Positions 46,681 through 54,582 of a DNA stretch of 64,000 bases are shown piece by piece. The position numbers and the translations under genes are program-made. The notes beneath the pieces are model-generated. The model saw only the letters and a program-made list of their open reading frames with translations. It was not told the DNA's origin and ran no database searches. Within the stretch, counting starts at the first letter, position 1, and every line of letters begins with the position of its first letter. Location of the stretch: assembly GCA_963205255.1 (NCBI GenBank), contig CAUJIK010000047.1:1871-65870 (forward strand). The letters run 5' to 3'. This DNA comes from Pseudomonadota bacterium. GTDB taxonomy: Bacteria; Pseudomonadota; Gammaproteobacteria; Steroidobacterales; Steroidobacteraceae.

Positions 46681-49600
46681 TTACAGCTCGATGGACACGC
46701 TCGCAAAGACATAGCGTCCCAGCGCGTCATAGACCGCCGGATACGTGTTGCCATTGCAGGGGCCCGTCGGGCACTGGTTGCGGGTGCCGTTCGCGCGACC
46801 GCTGGAGACCAGCGGCGGTGTCTTGTCGAACATGTTGTTCATGCCCAGGCGAACCGTGTATTTCTCGGAGAAGGTGTACCAGCCTGACAGGTCGAAGTAG
46901 TTCTGCGCCCCGAGCTTGGCGCTGAACGGATCGTACGGACCCTCGAGGCTCTGGTTGGAACTGGAGAAGTCCACCTTCACATCGCCGAAGTAGCGCCACT
47001 GGATCGAGGCGCCCAGACCGTTGGGGCGGGTCAGCGACAGTCGCGCATTGTGCCGCCACTTGGGAGTGGGAGCCGACGGAGTACCGCTGAGGTTCGAGCA
47101 GGTTGCGCCGTAGTAGCCCGCGCAGTCGTAGGGCACGGACAGGCCGTTGTCCACCTCGTACTTGTCGATCAATGTGCCGATCAGGTCGGCAGACAGCTTG
47201 CCGATGCCGAGGTTGAACGTATAGGCCGCGTTGAAGTCGATGCCTGTGGTATGCACGCCACCGATATTCGACTGCAGGTTCACGATGTAGCCATCGGGAG
47301 TCAGCCACAGCGAACCGCTCACCGGGTTGCGGTGGATCAGGTCGCAGACGGCCGGATCAGCTGTCGCCGTACAGGTGTTGATGATGGCATCCGAGCCGAA
47401 GCCCTGGATGGCATCGCGCACCTTGATGTCGTAGTAGTCGATGGTGAGCGAGAAGTTGGGCAGAAAGCCCGGCTCCAGGATCACGCCCAGCGACTTGGTG
47501 GTGGCACGCTCGGGCAGCAGGGTGGGTGTGCCACCCAGGTAGGCGTTGTACTGGCCCGCGGGGTTGCCCGAGACGACCTGGCCGACGGACAGGCCCTGCG
47601 CCAGGCAGCCCGCGTTGTCTGCCGTGATGATTTCGTCGGCACAGGGATCCGCCGAACCATCCAGACCCACGTAGTTCGGGGAGAACAGTTCCTGGATGTT
47701 GGGTGCGCGCACCGCCCGGTTCAGGCCCGCGCGGAAGCGGATGTCGCGGATGGGTGCGAACTCGAAGCCGTACTTGTAGGTGTCGGTGTTGAAGCTGCGG
47801 TTGTTCGAAGTCTTGTACTGCGAATAGCGGTAGCCGGCATTGACCGTCAGATCGTAGACCGCGCCCTGCGACACGATGGGCAGCTGTGCTTCGGCAAACA
47901 GGTCATTGGTCTTGATCGAGCCGTAGACGGGCAGTTTGGGCGCGCCCTGGCCCGTGAGATCGCCGGTCATGAAAGCCTGGTCGGTCTGGAACTGCAGCGA
48001 GTCCTTGCGGTGCTCGATACCGAAGGCAACGCCCAGGCCATAGTCGGACCAGGGCGTGACCACGCCGTATTCCCCGAGCTTGCCGGTCATCGAGGCGCTG
48101 GCCACCTGCTGGTCCACGTTGCCGCGCGCAAAGCCGACGGCGGAGAGATAGCCGACCGCCTCCTGGGACACGGCGCCGCCGCTCAGGATGTCATAGGGCA
48201 CGCAGCCCGGGTCCGAGCCGTCGACCACCGAACGGCACACTGGCTGGCCAAAGGTGGCCGCGTCTGCTCTCGGGTCGCTGACCACGTCCAGTGCGCGGTT
48301 CAGACGGGCGACGGAGAGCTCGTTCAGGTAGGTCTCCGCATAGTTGGTGCGACCGAACTGGTAGTAGGCGTCATAGTTCCACGCCTTGCTCAGGTCGCCC
48401 TTGACGCCCACCAGCGTGCGATACGAGGTGTGAGTCAGATCGTCGACGCGCGGGCCGCCTTCGACGTTGCGCCGCAGCGGCTGGAAGAAGGCCTTGTTGT
48501 AGTTGGCGCCGGTGGTTGGGTCGATGAAGCTCAGCGGCGCCACGCCCGGGTGCGTGAAGGAGGTCAGCGGGACGGTACCGAGGAAGCCATTCACCTGGTT
48601 CTCAGGGTCGCAGATGATGGCTGCCTGCTGCGCTGAGATCAGCGGGTTGTCGCAGTTGATCATCAGCGTGTTGCCGAAATTGCCCGAGGGGGCAATCTGC
48701 GCGATCGAGCGGTCGTCCATGAACATGAATTCCATGTACGGCTGGATCGAGTCGCTGACTTCGTAGCTGGCGAACAGGCCGCCGGTGTAGCGCTCGTCCG
48801 GGCGCTGGAAGTAGTTCGTGGGAGCGAAGTTGTAACGGTCGATGGTCGGTACCAGCTGGCGGCCGGCGCCGAAGCCGTACACTGTAGAGAACAACGTGGT
48901 GGCATCGCTGTCGTAAAGGACCACGTGGCCCGGTGCGCCGGTCAGAGAGCCGCCGCACTGCAGTGTCGTTGCGTTCACGTCCTGGATGGTGCAGGCACTG
49001 AAGTCGCGCTGGTCCTGCGTCACCGCGTCGACGCGGCGGTAGCCTACGTAAGCAGTGAGATGCCCCTTCCCATCGGCAAAGCTGGTGCCCATGGTTGCCG
49101 TGGCATCCCAGGCGCCGCCATCGGTCACATGCTTCTTGGGTTCTTCAAAACCGGCGAAGCCGGCATTGCGGCGCGCTGCCAGCAGCGGCGGCACGATCTT
49201 GTTGTTGTTGTCGTGCTGATAGAAGCTGTACTGCACGTCGGCCCTGAAGCCTTCAAACTTGTCGTCCATCAGGAAGTTCACGACGCCGGCAACGGCGTCG
49301 GCGCCGTAGGTGGCCGATGCGCCGCCGGTCATCACCTCGACGCGCTTGATCAGCGCGGCAGGGATGGCATTGATGTCCGCCGCGAGTGAGCCGGAGCCAC
49401 TGGGCTCGCCCGGCATCATGCGACGCCCGTTGATCAGTACCAGCGTGCGGGCGGCGCCCAGGCCACGCAGATCCACCGTTGCGGTGCCGTCCGCGGCGTT
49501 CGACAGCGTGCTCGCCTGGCCGGCGAACACCTGCGGCAGGCGGTTGAGCATGTCCTCGACGCGCACCGTACCCTGGATCTTGAAGTCTTCCGACGTGACC

Positions 49601-49782
49601 GTGGTCACCGGGCTGATGCCTTCGAGATTCGGTTGTGCAATGCGCGAACCGGTGACGATCACTTCGGTCAGCGCTTCTTCGGCTTGCTGCGCCAGCGCGC
49701 TGCCAGTGGATATGAGCGTCGCCGCAGCAAAGCTCGCGGTGATGCATGAACGGACCGCAATCCGGATATTGTTGGATCTCAC
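46681..49782 (-). CDS. Large TonB-dependent receptor (about 1030 aa)
   Basis: ORF 46681..49920. I prefer the GTG at 49782 as the start because it follows a GAGGAGG Shine-Dalgarno sequence. It has the signal RSNNIRIAVRSCITASFAAATLISTGSALAQQ, the plug VIVTGSRIAQPNLEGISPVTTVTSEDF and the terminal ...YVFASVSIEL. Confidence 0.9.
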   Translation of the reverse strand: MRSNNIRIAVRSCITASFAAATLISTGSALAQQAEEALTEVIVTGSRIAQPNLEGISPVTTVTSEDFKIQGTVRVEDMLNRLPQVFAGQASTLSNAADGTATVDLRGLGAARTLVLINGRRMMPGEPSGSGSLAADINAIPAALIKRVEVMTGGASATYGADAVAGVVNFLMDDKFEGFRADVQYSFYQHDNNNKIVPPLLAARRNAGFAGFEEPKKHVTDGGAWDATATMGTSFADGKGHLTAYVGYRRVDAVTQDQRDFSACTIQDVNATTLQCGGSLTGAPGHVVLYDSDATTLFSTVYGFGAGRQLVPTIDRYNFAPTNYFQRPDERYTGGLFASYEVSDSIQPYMEFMFMDDRSIAQIAPSGNFGNTLMINCDNPLISAQQAAIICDPENQVNGFLGTVPLTSFTHPGVAPLSFIDPTTGANYNKAFFQPLRRNVEGGPRVDDLTHTSYRTLVGVKGDLSKAWNYDAYYQFGRTNYAETYLNELSVARLNRALDVVSDPRADAATFGQPVCRSVVDGSDPGCVPYDILSGGAVSQEAVGYLSAVGFARGNVDQQVASASMTGKLGEYGVVTPWSDYGLGVAFGIEHRKDSLQFQTDQAFMTGDLTGQGAPKLPVYGSIKTNDLFAEAQLPIVSQGAVYDLTVNAGYRYSQYKTSNNRSFNTDTYKYGFEFAPIRDIRFRAGLNRAVRAPNIQELFSPNYVGLDGSADPCADEIITADNAGCLAQGLSVGQVVSGNPAGQYNAYLGGTPTLLPERATTKSLGVILEPGFLPNFSLTIDYYDIKVRDAIQGFGSDAIINTCTATADPAVCDLIHRNPVSGSLWLTPDGYIVNLQSNIGGVHTTGIDFNAAYTFNLGIGKLSADLIGTLIDKYEVDNGLSVPYDCAGYYGATCSNLSGTPSAPTPKWRHNARLSLTRPNGLGASIQWRYFGDVKVDFSSSNQSLEGPYDPFSAKLGAQNYFDLSGWYTFSEKYTVRLGMNNMFDKTPPLVSSGRANGTRNQCPTGPCNGNTYPAVYDALGRYVFASVSIEL

Positions 49783-50030
49783 GATGGATTCCTCCTCTGG
49801 TACGGCTCGGCGTGCGCCTGCGTATCGTAAAGTTCTAGTGTCGTAAAAAGACCACCCGACAATGGCTGCGATTCCGTTGAAGACACGCACCCCACGGGTG
49901 CGACCGGAACCGTCGGGCAAGGACAGATTATGTAGAGTCTGCGATTCAAGGCTTAAATTCTAAGCTTAATAAAGCTCTTCGCGCTTATATATATTCTATC
50001 TTCTACCTCAACAGTGACTGCCGGGACATC

Positions 50031-50564
50031 ATGGAGAGCCGCAACGTGAGTTCATTCACAGTTCAAGGTCTGCTGGGGCTCGCGACTGTTGTTTTTTTGC
50101 ATACCGCAGTGCGGGCGCAGGAATCGGTGTCGGTTCCTGCTGGTCCCGTGGCGGATTTGCTGCGCTGCCGCGAGCTTGCGGGTGAGTCCGCGCGGTTGAC
50201 CTGTTTCGATGCCGCCGTGGCCGGCATCGAGCAGGCGGTGCGGGCCGGAGACCTGCGTGTGGTGGATCGAGCGGTGCTGGCCGAGGAGCAGAGCGCGCGC
50301 TTCGGGCTGCGGGAGGCCGACCGGGCGCGGGGCGCGGTGGAACAGCCGGAGGAGCTTTCCGCGGCGGTGAAATCTGCGCAGAAGACTCTCGATGGATGGG
50401 TGGTGACGCTGGAGGACGGTTCTGTCTGGCGTCAGATCGATGCCAGGACCAGCCCGGTGGATCCTGTCGTTGGCCAGGTCGTCACCATCAAGCGCGCTGC
50501 GCTGGGCAGCTACCGGTTGCTGCTCAATTCAAATGTGGGTTTCAGGGTGCGCCGCGTGCGCTGA
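50031..50564 (+). CDS. Hypothetical secreted protein
   Basis: 177 aa with the signal peptide LLGLATVVFLHTAVRAQE. I recognise no family. It is divergent from the large TonB receptor across an AT-rich region. Confidence 0.5.
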   Translation: MESRNVSSFTVQGLLGLATVVFLHTAVRAQESVSVPAGPVADLLRCRELAGESARLTCFDAAVAGIEQAVRAGDLRVVDRAVLAEEQSARFGLREADRARGAVEQPEELSAAVKSAQKTLDGWVVTLEDGSVWRQIDARTSPVDPVVGQVVTIKRAALGSYRLLLNSNVGFRVRRVR

Positions 50565-50577
50565 CGAAATAAAGAAA

Positions 50578-50608
50578 AAGCCTGGGCAACTTCCGTTGCC
50601 CAGGCTTT
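50578..50608. terminator. Bidirectional rho-independent terminator (stronger for ompA on the minus strand)
   Basis: A 13-bp stem AAGCCTGGGCAAC-TTCC-GTTGCCCAGGCTT. On the minus strand it is followed by TTTTTCTTTATTT, and on the plus strand only by TTT. Confidence 0.75.
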
Positions 50609-50644
50609 CACGCGGATCTTTCCGGCCCTTTCAGGCCGTCGCGA

Positions 50645-51730
50645 TCAACGTGTGTCGGTACGACGCAGCACCACGCGGCGGTTCTGCGCGCGGCCTTCGG
50701 CCGTCGCGTTGTCCGCCTCGGGCTGGGTCTCACCGTAGCCCACCGACTCCAGACGCGAGCCGTCGACACCGCGATCCGTGAAGTACTTCTTCACGGAGTC
50801 GGCGCGACGCTGCGACAGGCGCAGGTTGTAGGCATCGGCGCCGGTGCTGTCGGTGTGGCCTTCGACCACGCCCTTGGCAGTCGGCACCGTGTCCTTGAAG
50901 AACTCGACCGCGCGGTCGAGGTCAGCCTGGGCCGCCGCCTTGATGTTGGCGGAATCGGTGTCGAACAGCACCTCCAGGCGCACCGCCAGGCTGCAACCCA
51001 CGGAGTCCACGGCGTCGCCGGCGGGCGTCTGCGGGCAGCGGTCGGCCGAATCCGGCACGCCGTCCTTGTCGCCATCCGCCGGAGGCGGCGGGGGAGGCGG
51101 CGGCGGGGGCGGGGGAGGCGGCGGGGGCGGCGGCGGAGTCGCCGCTACCGGCGCGGCCGGAGCCGTGCCGCCGAAGGCCACCTGCAGGCCGAGGCCCACG
51201 TACGGGTCGAGGAGCGCTTCGCCGACGAAATAGCGCAGGCCGGCATCGGCGCGCAGCTGCAGCTTCGTGCCCTTGCTGGATTCGGCGATGTCGCCGAGGA
51301 AGCCGGCGCCCACGTTGGCGAACAGCGACTCGGCAAACGACAGGTCATCGGTGCCGCCGTACTGGCCAATGGGATTGATGCCGTCCGCGAAGCCAATGCC
51401 GCCCAGCAGGAACGGGCTGGTGCGGCCAGCGCGGTTGAACACGCGCTCCATGTCGATGCCGGCGCCATGCAGTTCCTTCTTGGAGCCGCCGGCGAAGGGC
51501 TTGTGCTCGCTGACGAAGGCGCTGACGTTGAGGTTCCACTGCTCGCTCAGTACGCGGCCGATGTTGAGCTTCAGGCCGCTGCCTTCATCCACTCCCCAGC
51601 CATGGTCGGAGAACAGGTGGAAGGGCTGCACGCCAATGATCGTTGCGCCGGGGTCCTCGCCGCCGGCCTGCGCGCCCGTCGCGCCCAGCAGGGCGGTCGC
51701 GATGGCGAGCGATAACAGGGACTTCTTCAT
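50645..51730 (-). CDS. OmpA-family outer-membrane protein (MopB/OprF-like: beta-barrel, poly-Pro hinge, TSP3-like Ca-binding repeats, OmpA_C)
   Basis: A signal peptide and barrel, then 19 consecutive Pro residues and DGDKDGVPDSADRCPQTPAGDAVDSVGC. The OmpA_C domain reads VEGHTDSTGADAYNLRLSQRRADSV. Confidence 0.9.
   Translation of the reverse strand: MKKSLLSLAIATALLGATGAQAGGEDPGATIIGVQPFHLFSDHGWGVDEGSGLKLNIGRVLSEQWNLNVSAFVSEHKPFAGGSKKELHGAGIDMERVFNRAGRTSPFLLGGIGFADGINPIGQYGGTDDLSFAESLFANVGAGFLGDIAESSKGTKLQLRADAGLRYFVGEALLDPYVGLGLQVAFGGTAPAAPVAATPPPPPPPPPPPPPPPPPPPADGDKDGVPDSADRCPQTPAGDAVDSVGCSLAVRLEVLFDTDSANIKAAAQADLDRAVEFFKDTVPTAKGVVEGHTDSTGADAYNLRLSQRRADSVKKYFTDRGVDGSRLESVGYGETQPEADNATAEGRAQNRRVVLRRTDTR
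51080..51136 (-). repeat. (CCN)19 proline-codon tract; the complementary plus strand carries four G5 runs
   Basis: Counting codon by codon gives 19 consecutive CCG/CCC/CCT codons. The plus strand has GGGGG at 51090-94, 51105-09, 51111-15 and 51123-27. Confidence 0.9.
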
Positions 51731-51855
51731 TAGAAACTACCTTCTGGGCTTCCCCGGGGGTGGGGGAGGACGCCAATGCTACTCACAAGTGTCGGTTTCA
51801 CCAAGTCTTTGGTGATTTTGTTGCACAAATGATACAGGCGTTGCCAGGCACCGGA

Positions 51856-52338
51856 TCAAGGCTGGAGGCGGGGGTGCAGCAGCCGGTCGCCAATCTTGAT
51901 GCCCCGGCGCGCAGCTTCACCCCCGCGCACCTCGAGCACGCCTGCCACGTCGACGCCGGACGCGATGATGTCCGTGGTCAGCGGCCGGGCATTGGCCGCG
52001 ATGTGCAGGATGCGTCCGTCCGGCCCGAAGAACAGCATGTCGAGCGGGATGTAGGTGTTCTTCATCCACATCTGCATGGGCCGCGGAGTCTGGAGCAGGA
52101 ACAGCATGCCGTAGTCCGCGGGCAGGTCGCGTATCCACATCAGGCCCTGCGCCTGCCGTGACGGCGTATCGGCGATGAACACCTGGAAGCCGTCACGGCC
52201 CTCGGCGCGCTGGATGGTGAGCGCGCTGCGTGGAAATTCCTTCAGCTGAGCCGGCTGGTAGCCGGGCAGTGTCTGGGCGCAGGCGCTCCCCAGCATCAGC
52301 GTGGCAAGCAGGGCAGTCAGCACTCGCCGGATCATCAT
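51856..52338 (-). CDS. DUF192 domain protein, secreted
   Basis: A signal peptide, then FIADTPSRQAQGLMWIRDLPADYGMLFL....MWMKNTYIPLDMLF, which is typical of DUF192/COG1430. Confidence 0.8.
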   Translation of the reverse strand: MMIRRVLTALLATLMLGSACAQTLPGYQPAQLKEFPRSALTIQRAEGRDGFQVFIADTPSRQAQGLMWIRDLPADYGMLFLLQTPRPMQMWMKNTYIPLDMLFFGPDGRILHIAANARPLTTDIIASGVDVAGVLEVRGGEAARRGIKIGDRLLHPRLQP

Positions 52339-52925
52339 GGCGCTTTCTCCATATGTATGCGTCCCGCGAACTCGAAAGTGGGCACCAGCAGGCGCTGGCT
52401 TCCGCTGCCATCGGTGGCGGGGGCCGTGCAGTAGCCGCGCGCTTCGATGCGCTCATCGCCGCCGCCGGCTGCCAGCAGCGCCCGTCGTTGCAGTGATTCC
52501 ACGGCGCAGCGTGTGCTGCCGCCGGTGGAGAACAGTGTCTTCTCGCCCTCGAGGATCACCGTGAGATTGGTGGGTAGCGCCTGCGCCGGGCCGGCCGCGG
52601 CATCGGTCAGGTCGATGCCGAAGATGAAGCGCAAATTGCGCGGCGGGCCATCCCCCGCGGCAGGCAGCACGCCGGCGATCACGGCGCGCAGGCCATTGCC
52701 ATCCGGTCGCACGCCGCCCTCGCATTGCATGGCGTCGTTGCGCCAGTCGAGGTCCGCATCGATCGCGCCGCGCAGGCGCGCGCGCAGGAAGCCATCGCCC
52801 GCGGGCAGGCAGGTGGCCTCCGGTGTCGCGGCGGATGGGGTTTGCGCCGGAGCGGAATCGCCGGCGCAGGCGGCAAGGCTTGCTCCCAGCAGCGCCAGCG
52901 CACCGGGCAGAGAGAGCCGTTTCAT
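52335..52925 (-). CDS. Hypothetical lipoprotein (196 aa)
   Basis: This is the C-terminal part of ORF 52335..54476. ATG 52925 gives MKRLSLPGALALLGASLAACAGD, a lipobox. It overlaps the M14 stop by 1 nt and the DUF192 start by 4 nt. I recognise no family. Confidence 0.6.
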   Translation of the reverse strand: MKRLSLPGALALLGASLAACAGDSAPAQTPSAATPEATCLPAGDGFLRARLRGAIDADLDWRNDAMQCEGGVRPDGNGLRAVIAGVLPAAGDGPPRNLRFIFGIDLTDAAAGPAQALPTNLTVILEGEKTLFSTGGSTRCAVESLQRRALLAAGGGDERIEARGYCTAPATDGSGSQRLLVPTFEFAGRIHMEKAP

Positions 52926-54520
52926 CAATCGCGCGTCCGCAGCACCGGGTAGCCGTCGCCGGCCAGCGCCTCGTCGAACAGGTTCCACGTGACCAGGCTG
53001 TCGTTGGATCTCGGCTCGAGCAGGTACATGGCCAGCCGCGCCAGCGGCTGGGTCATGGACACGCGCCAGGCGCCGGCGGCCACGGTGGTGTCGGTCGTGC
53101 CCCAGGCGCCGGTCACGGTGCGTTCCTGATGATTCTCGAAGGGGCGCTCCGCCGCGGCGGAGGTGGCGATGGCATAACTTTCCAGCCCCGAGGCGACCGG
53201 CGCCGCCACCGGCTCCAGCACGATGCCATGTGCCCGCAGGCGCTGCACCGCCGCCTTCTGGTCGGCGGGTATGAAGTACATGGCCGGCATGCGCTCGCGC
53301 TCGGTGGAGCGGAAGGTGGTTTCGTCGGCCATCATCTCGGCCCTCACCACGTCGGTGCGGCTGTGCATCACATGCCCGCTGTAGGGGTTCACCACCTCGA
53401 CCACATCGCCCATCAGGATCTCGACGTTGCCGGTGCGCTGGATCTGCGAGCGCAGCGACTGGCTGATGCCCGGCAGGCGCGCGGCGTCGGCGGCCTCGGT
53501 GATGCGCCGCAGGGTCGCGGCATTGTCGTGCGCGTAGTTCAGCACCTCTTCCATGAAGCGGTAGGAGACCTTGATGCGTTCGTCGAAGGGCAGGTAGGAA
53601 TAGGCTTCGCTGAGGATGCCGAAGCGGTTGCGCAGGCCCCAGTAGTTGTGGGAATAGCGCGGCAGATCTTCCACCGTGCGCCAGATGCGCTCGGGTTCGC
53701 GCGGCGGCACATTGCCGTAGGAGCGGATCGCCCAGCCGTCCTTTGCCTTGAAGGCTGCGGTGACGGCCTCCATCCAGGTGCGCGCCTGCTGCACGATGGC
53801 CGGATCGACGGCCGGGTTGTTGGGCGTCTCGTAGGTGAGGTGGTAGGCGTGGCGCGAACCATTGGTCGCGTGCAGGTCCACCATCACATGCGGATCGTAG
53901 TCGTTCAGCAGGCGCACCATCGCGCGCGCTTCGGGCGTCTCCAGCTTGATGTGGTCGCGGTTGATGTTCAGGCCCTGCGCGTTGACGCGTGTGCCCTGGC
54001 CGCCGAGCGGGCCGTTCTGGAAGCCGCGGCTGGTGAGCGTGATGCGCTCGTTGCCATCGGCGTTGTGCACCGGATTCAGCAGCAGCACCATCGAGTTCAT
54101 CCATTCGGGATGCTGGCCGCGCGCCAGATCGCGAACCAGCGCCAGGATGGCCTCCTTGCCTTCCACCTCTCCGGCGTGGATGTTGGCCTGCACATATACG
54201 CGCAACAGCCCCGATGCCTTCGCTGTGGCCGGCCGCGCATCGGCCACCCGGCCCACCACGGCCAGCGGCATCTGCCGGCCTTCGAAGGTGTAGCCGAAGG
54301 GCGTCACGTGCACCAGGCTCGATGCCGCATCCACCGTGGCGAGGAAGGCCTGCACATCGTCGTAGCGGCTGGTTTCGACGAAATTGGTGCGTTCGGCGCG
54401 TGTCTGCAGCCCGGCGAGGCGCGCGTCCTGCGCGCCGCTGGCGAGGGGGCTGGCGGCGCAGAGGCCAGCAACGCACAGAATGGTGGCAAGTCGATGGCGG
54501 ACGGGAACATGCTGGTGCAT
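52925..54520 (-). CDS. M14-family zinc carboxypeptidase, secreted
   Basis: The zinc ligands are in ANIHAGEVEGKEA (HxxE) and VMVDLHATNG. There is a signal peptide. The start is either ATG 54520 or ATG 54529; the longest ORF starts at 54553. Confidence 0.85.
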   Translation of the reverse strand: MHQHVPVRHRLATILCVAGLCAASPLASGAQDARLAGLQTRAERTNFVETSRYDDVQAFLATVDAASSLVHVTPFGYTFEGRQMPLAVVGRVADARPATAKASGLLRVYVQANIHAGEVEGKEAILALVRDLARGQHPEWMNSMVLLLNPVHNADGNERITLTSRGFQNGPLGGQGTRVNAQGLNINRDHIKLETPEARAMVRLLNDYDPHVMVDLHATNGSRHAYHLTYETPNNPAVDPAIVQQARTWMEAVTAAFKAKDGWAIRSYGNVPPREPERIWRTVEDLPRYSHNYWGLRNRFGILSEAYSYLPFDERIKVSYRFMEEVLNYAHDNAATLRRITEAADAARLPGISQSLRSQIQRTGNVEILMGDVVEVVNPYSGHVMHSRTDVVRAEMMADETTFRSTERERMPAMYFIPADQKAAVQRLRAHGIVLEPVAAPVASGLESYAIATSAAAERPFENHQERTVTGAWGTTDTTVAAGAWRVSMTQPLARLAMYLLEPRSNDSLVTWNLFDEALAGDGYPVLRTRD

Positions 54521-54582
54521 GGCGGCCATCCTACAAGGTTGTGCGGCGTGCACGAAGCGAGCCCGCTTCCAGCCGTTACACT

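Noticed and set aside
49783-49950. A known riboswitch (cobalamin, TPP or similar) in the TonB-receptor leader
   Set aside because: I looked for a B12 box, a TPP-like CUGAGA and other signature motifs on the mRNA strand and found none. Only generic hairpins are present. It is kept as an unclassified structured leader in the findings, not as an ncRNA feature.
51076-51140. A G-rich repetitive block that might be mistaken for a CRISPR-like or VNTR element
   Set aside because: It is the coding (CCN)19 proline hinge of OmpA, in frame, with no spacers. It is reported as a coding repeat only.
52335-54476. A 713-aa ORF suggesting a large protein
   Set aside because: The first roughly 517 aa overlap the M14 peptidase out of frame and are Arg/Gly/Pro-rich junk. 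Only the last 196 aa, from ATG 52925 with its lipobox, look real. I trimmed N-terminal extensions for the same reason in ORFs 16942..18237, 54214..57147, 30762..32411, 39427..40743, 40542..42221, 46681..49920, 12005..14398 and 1938..3242.
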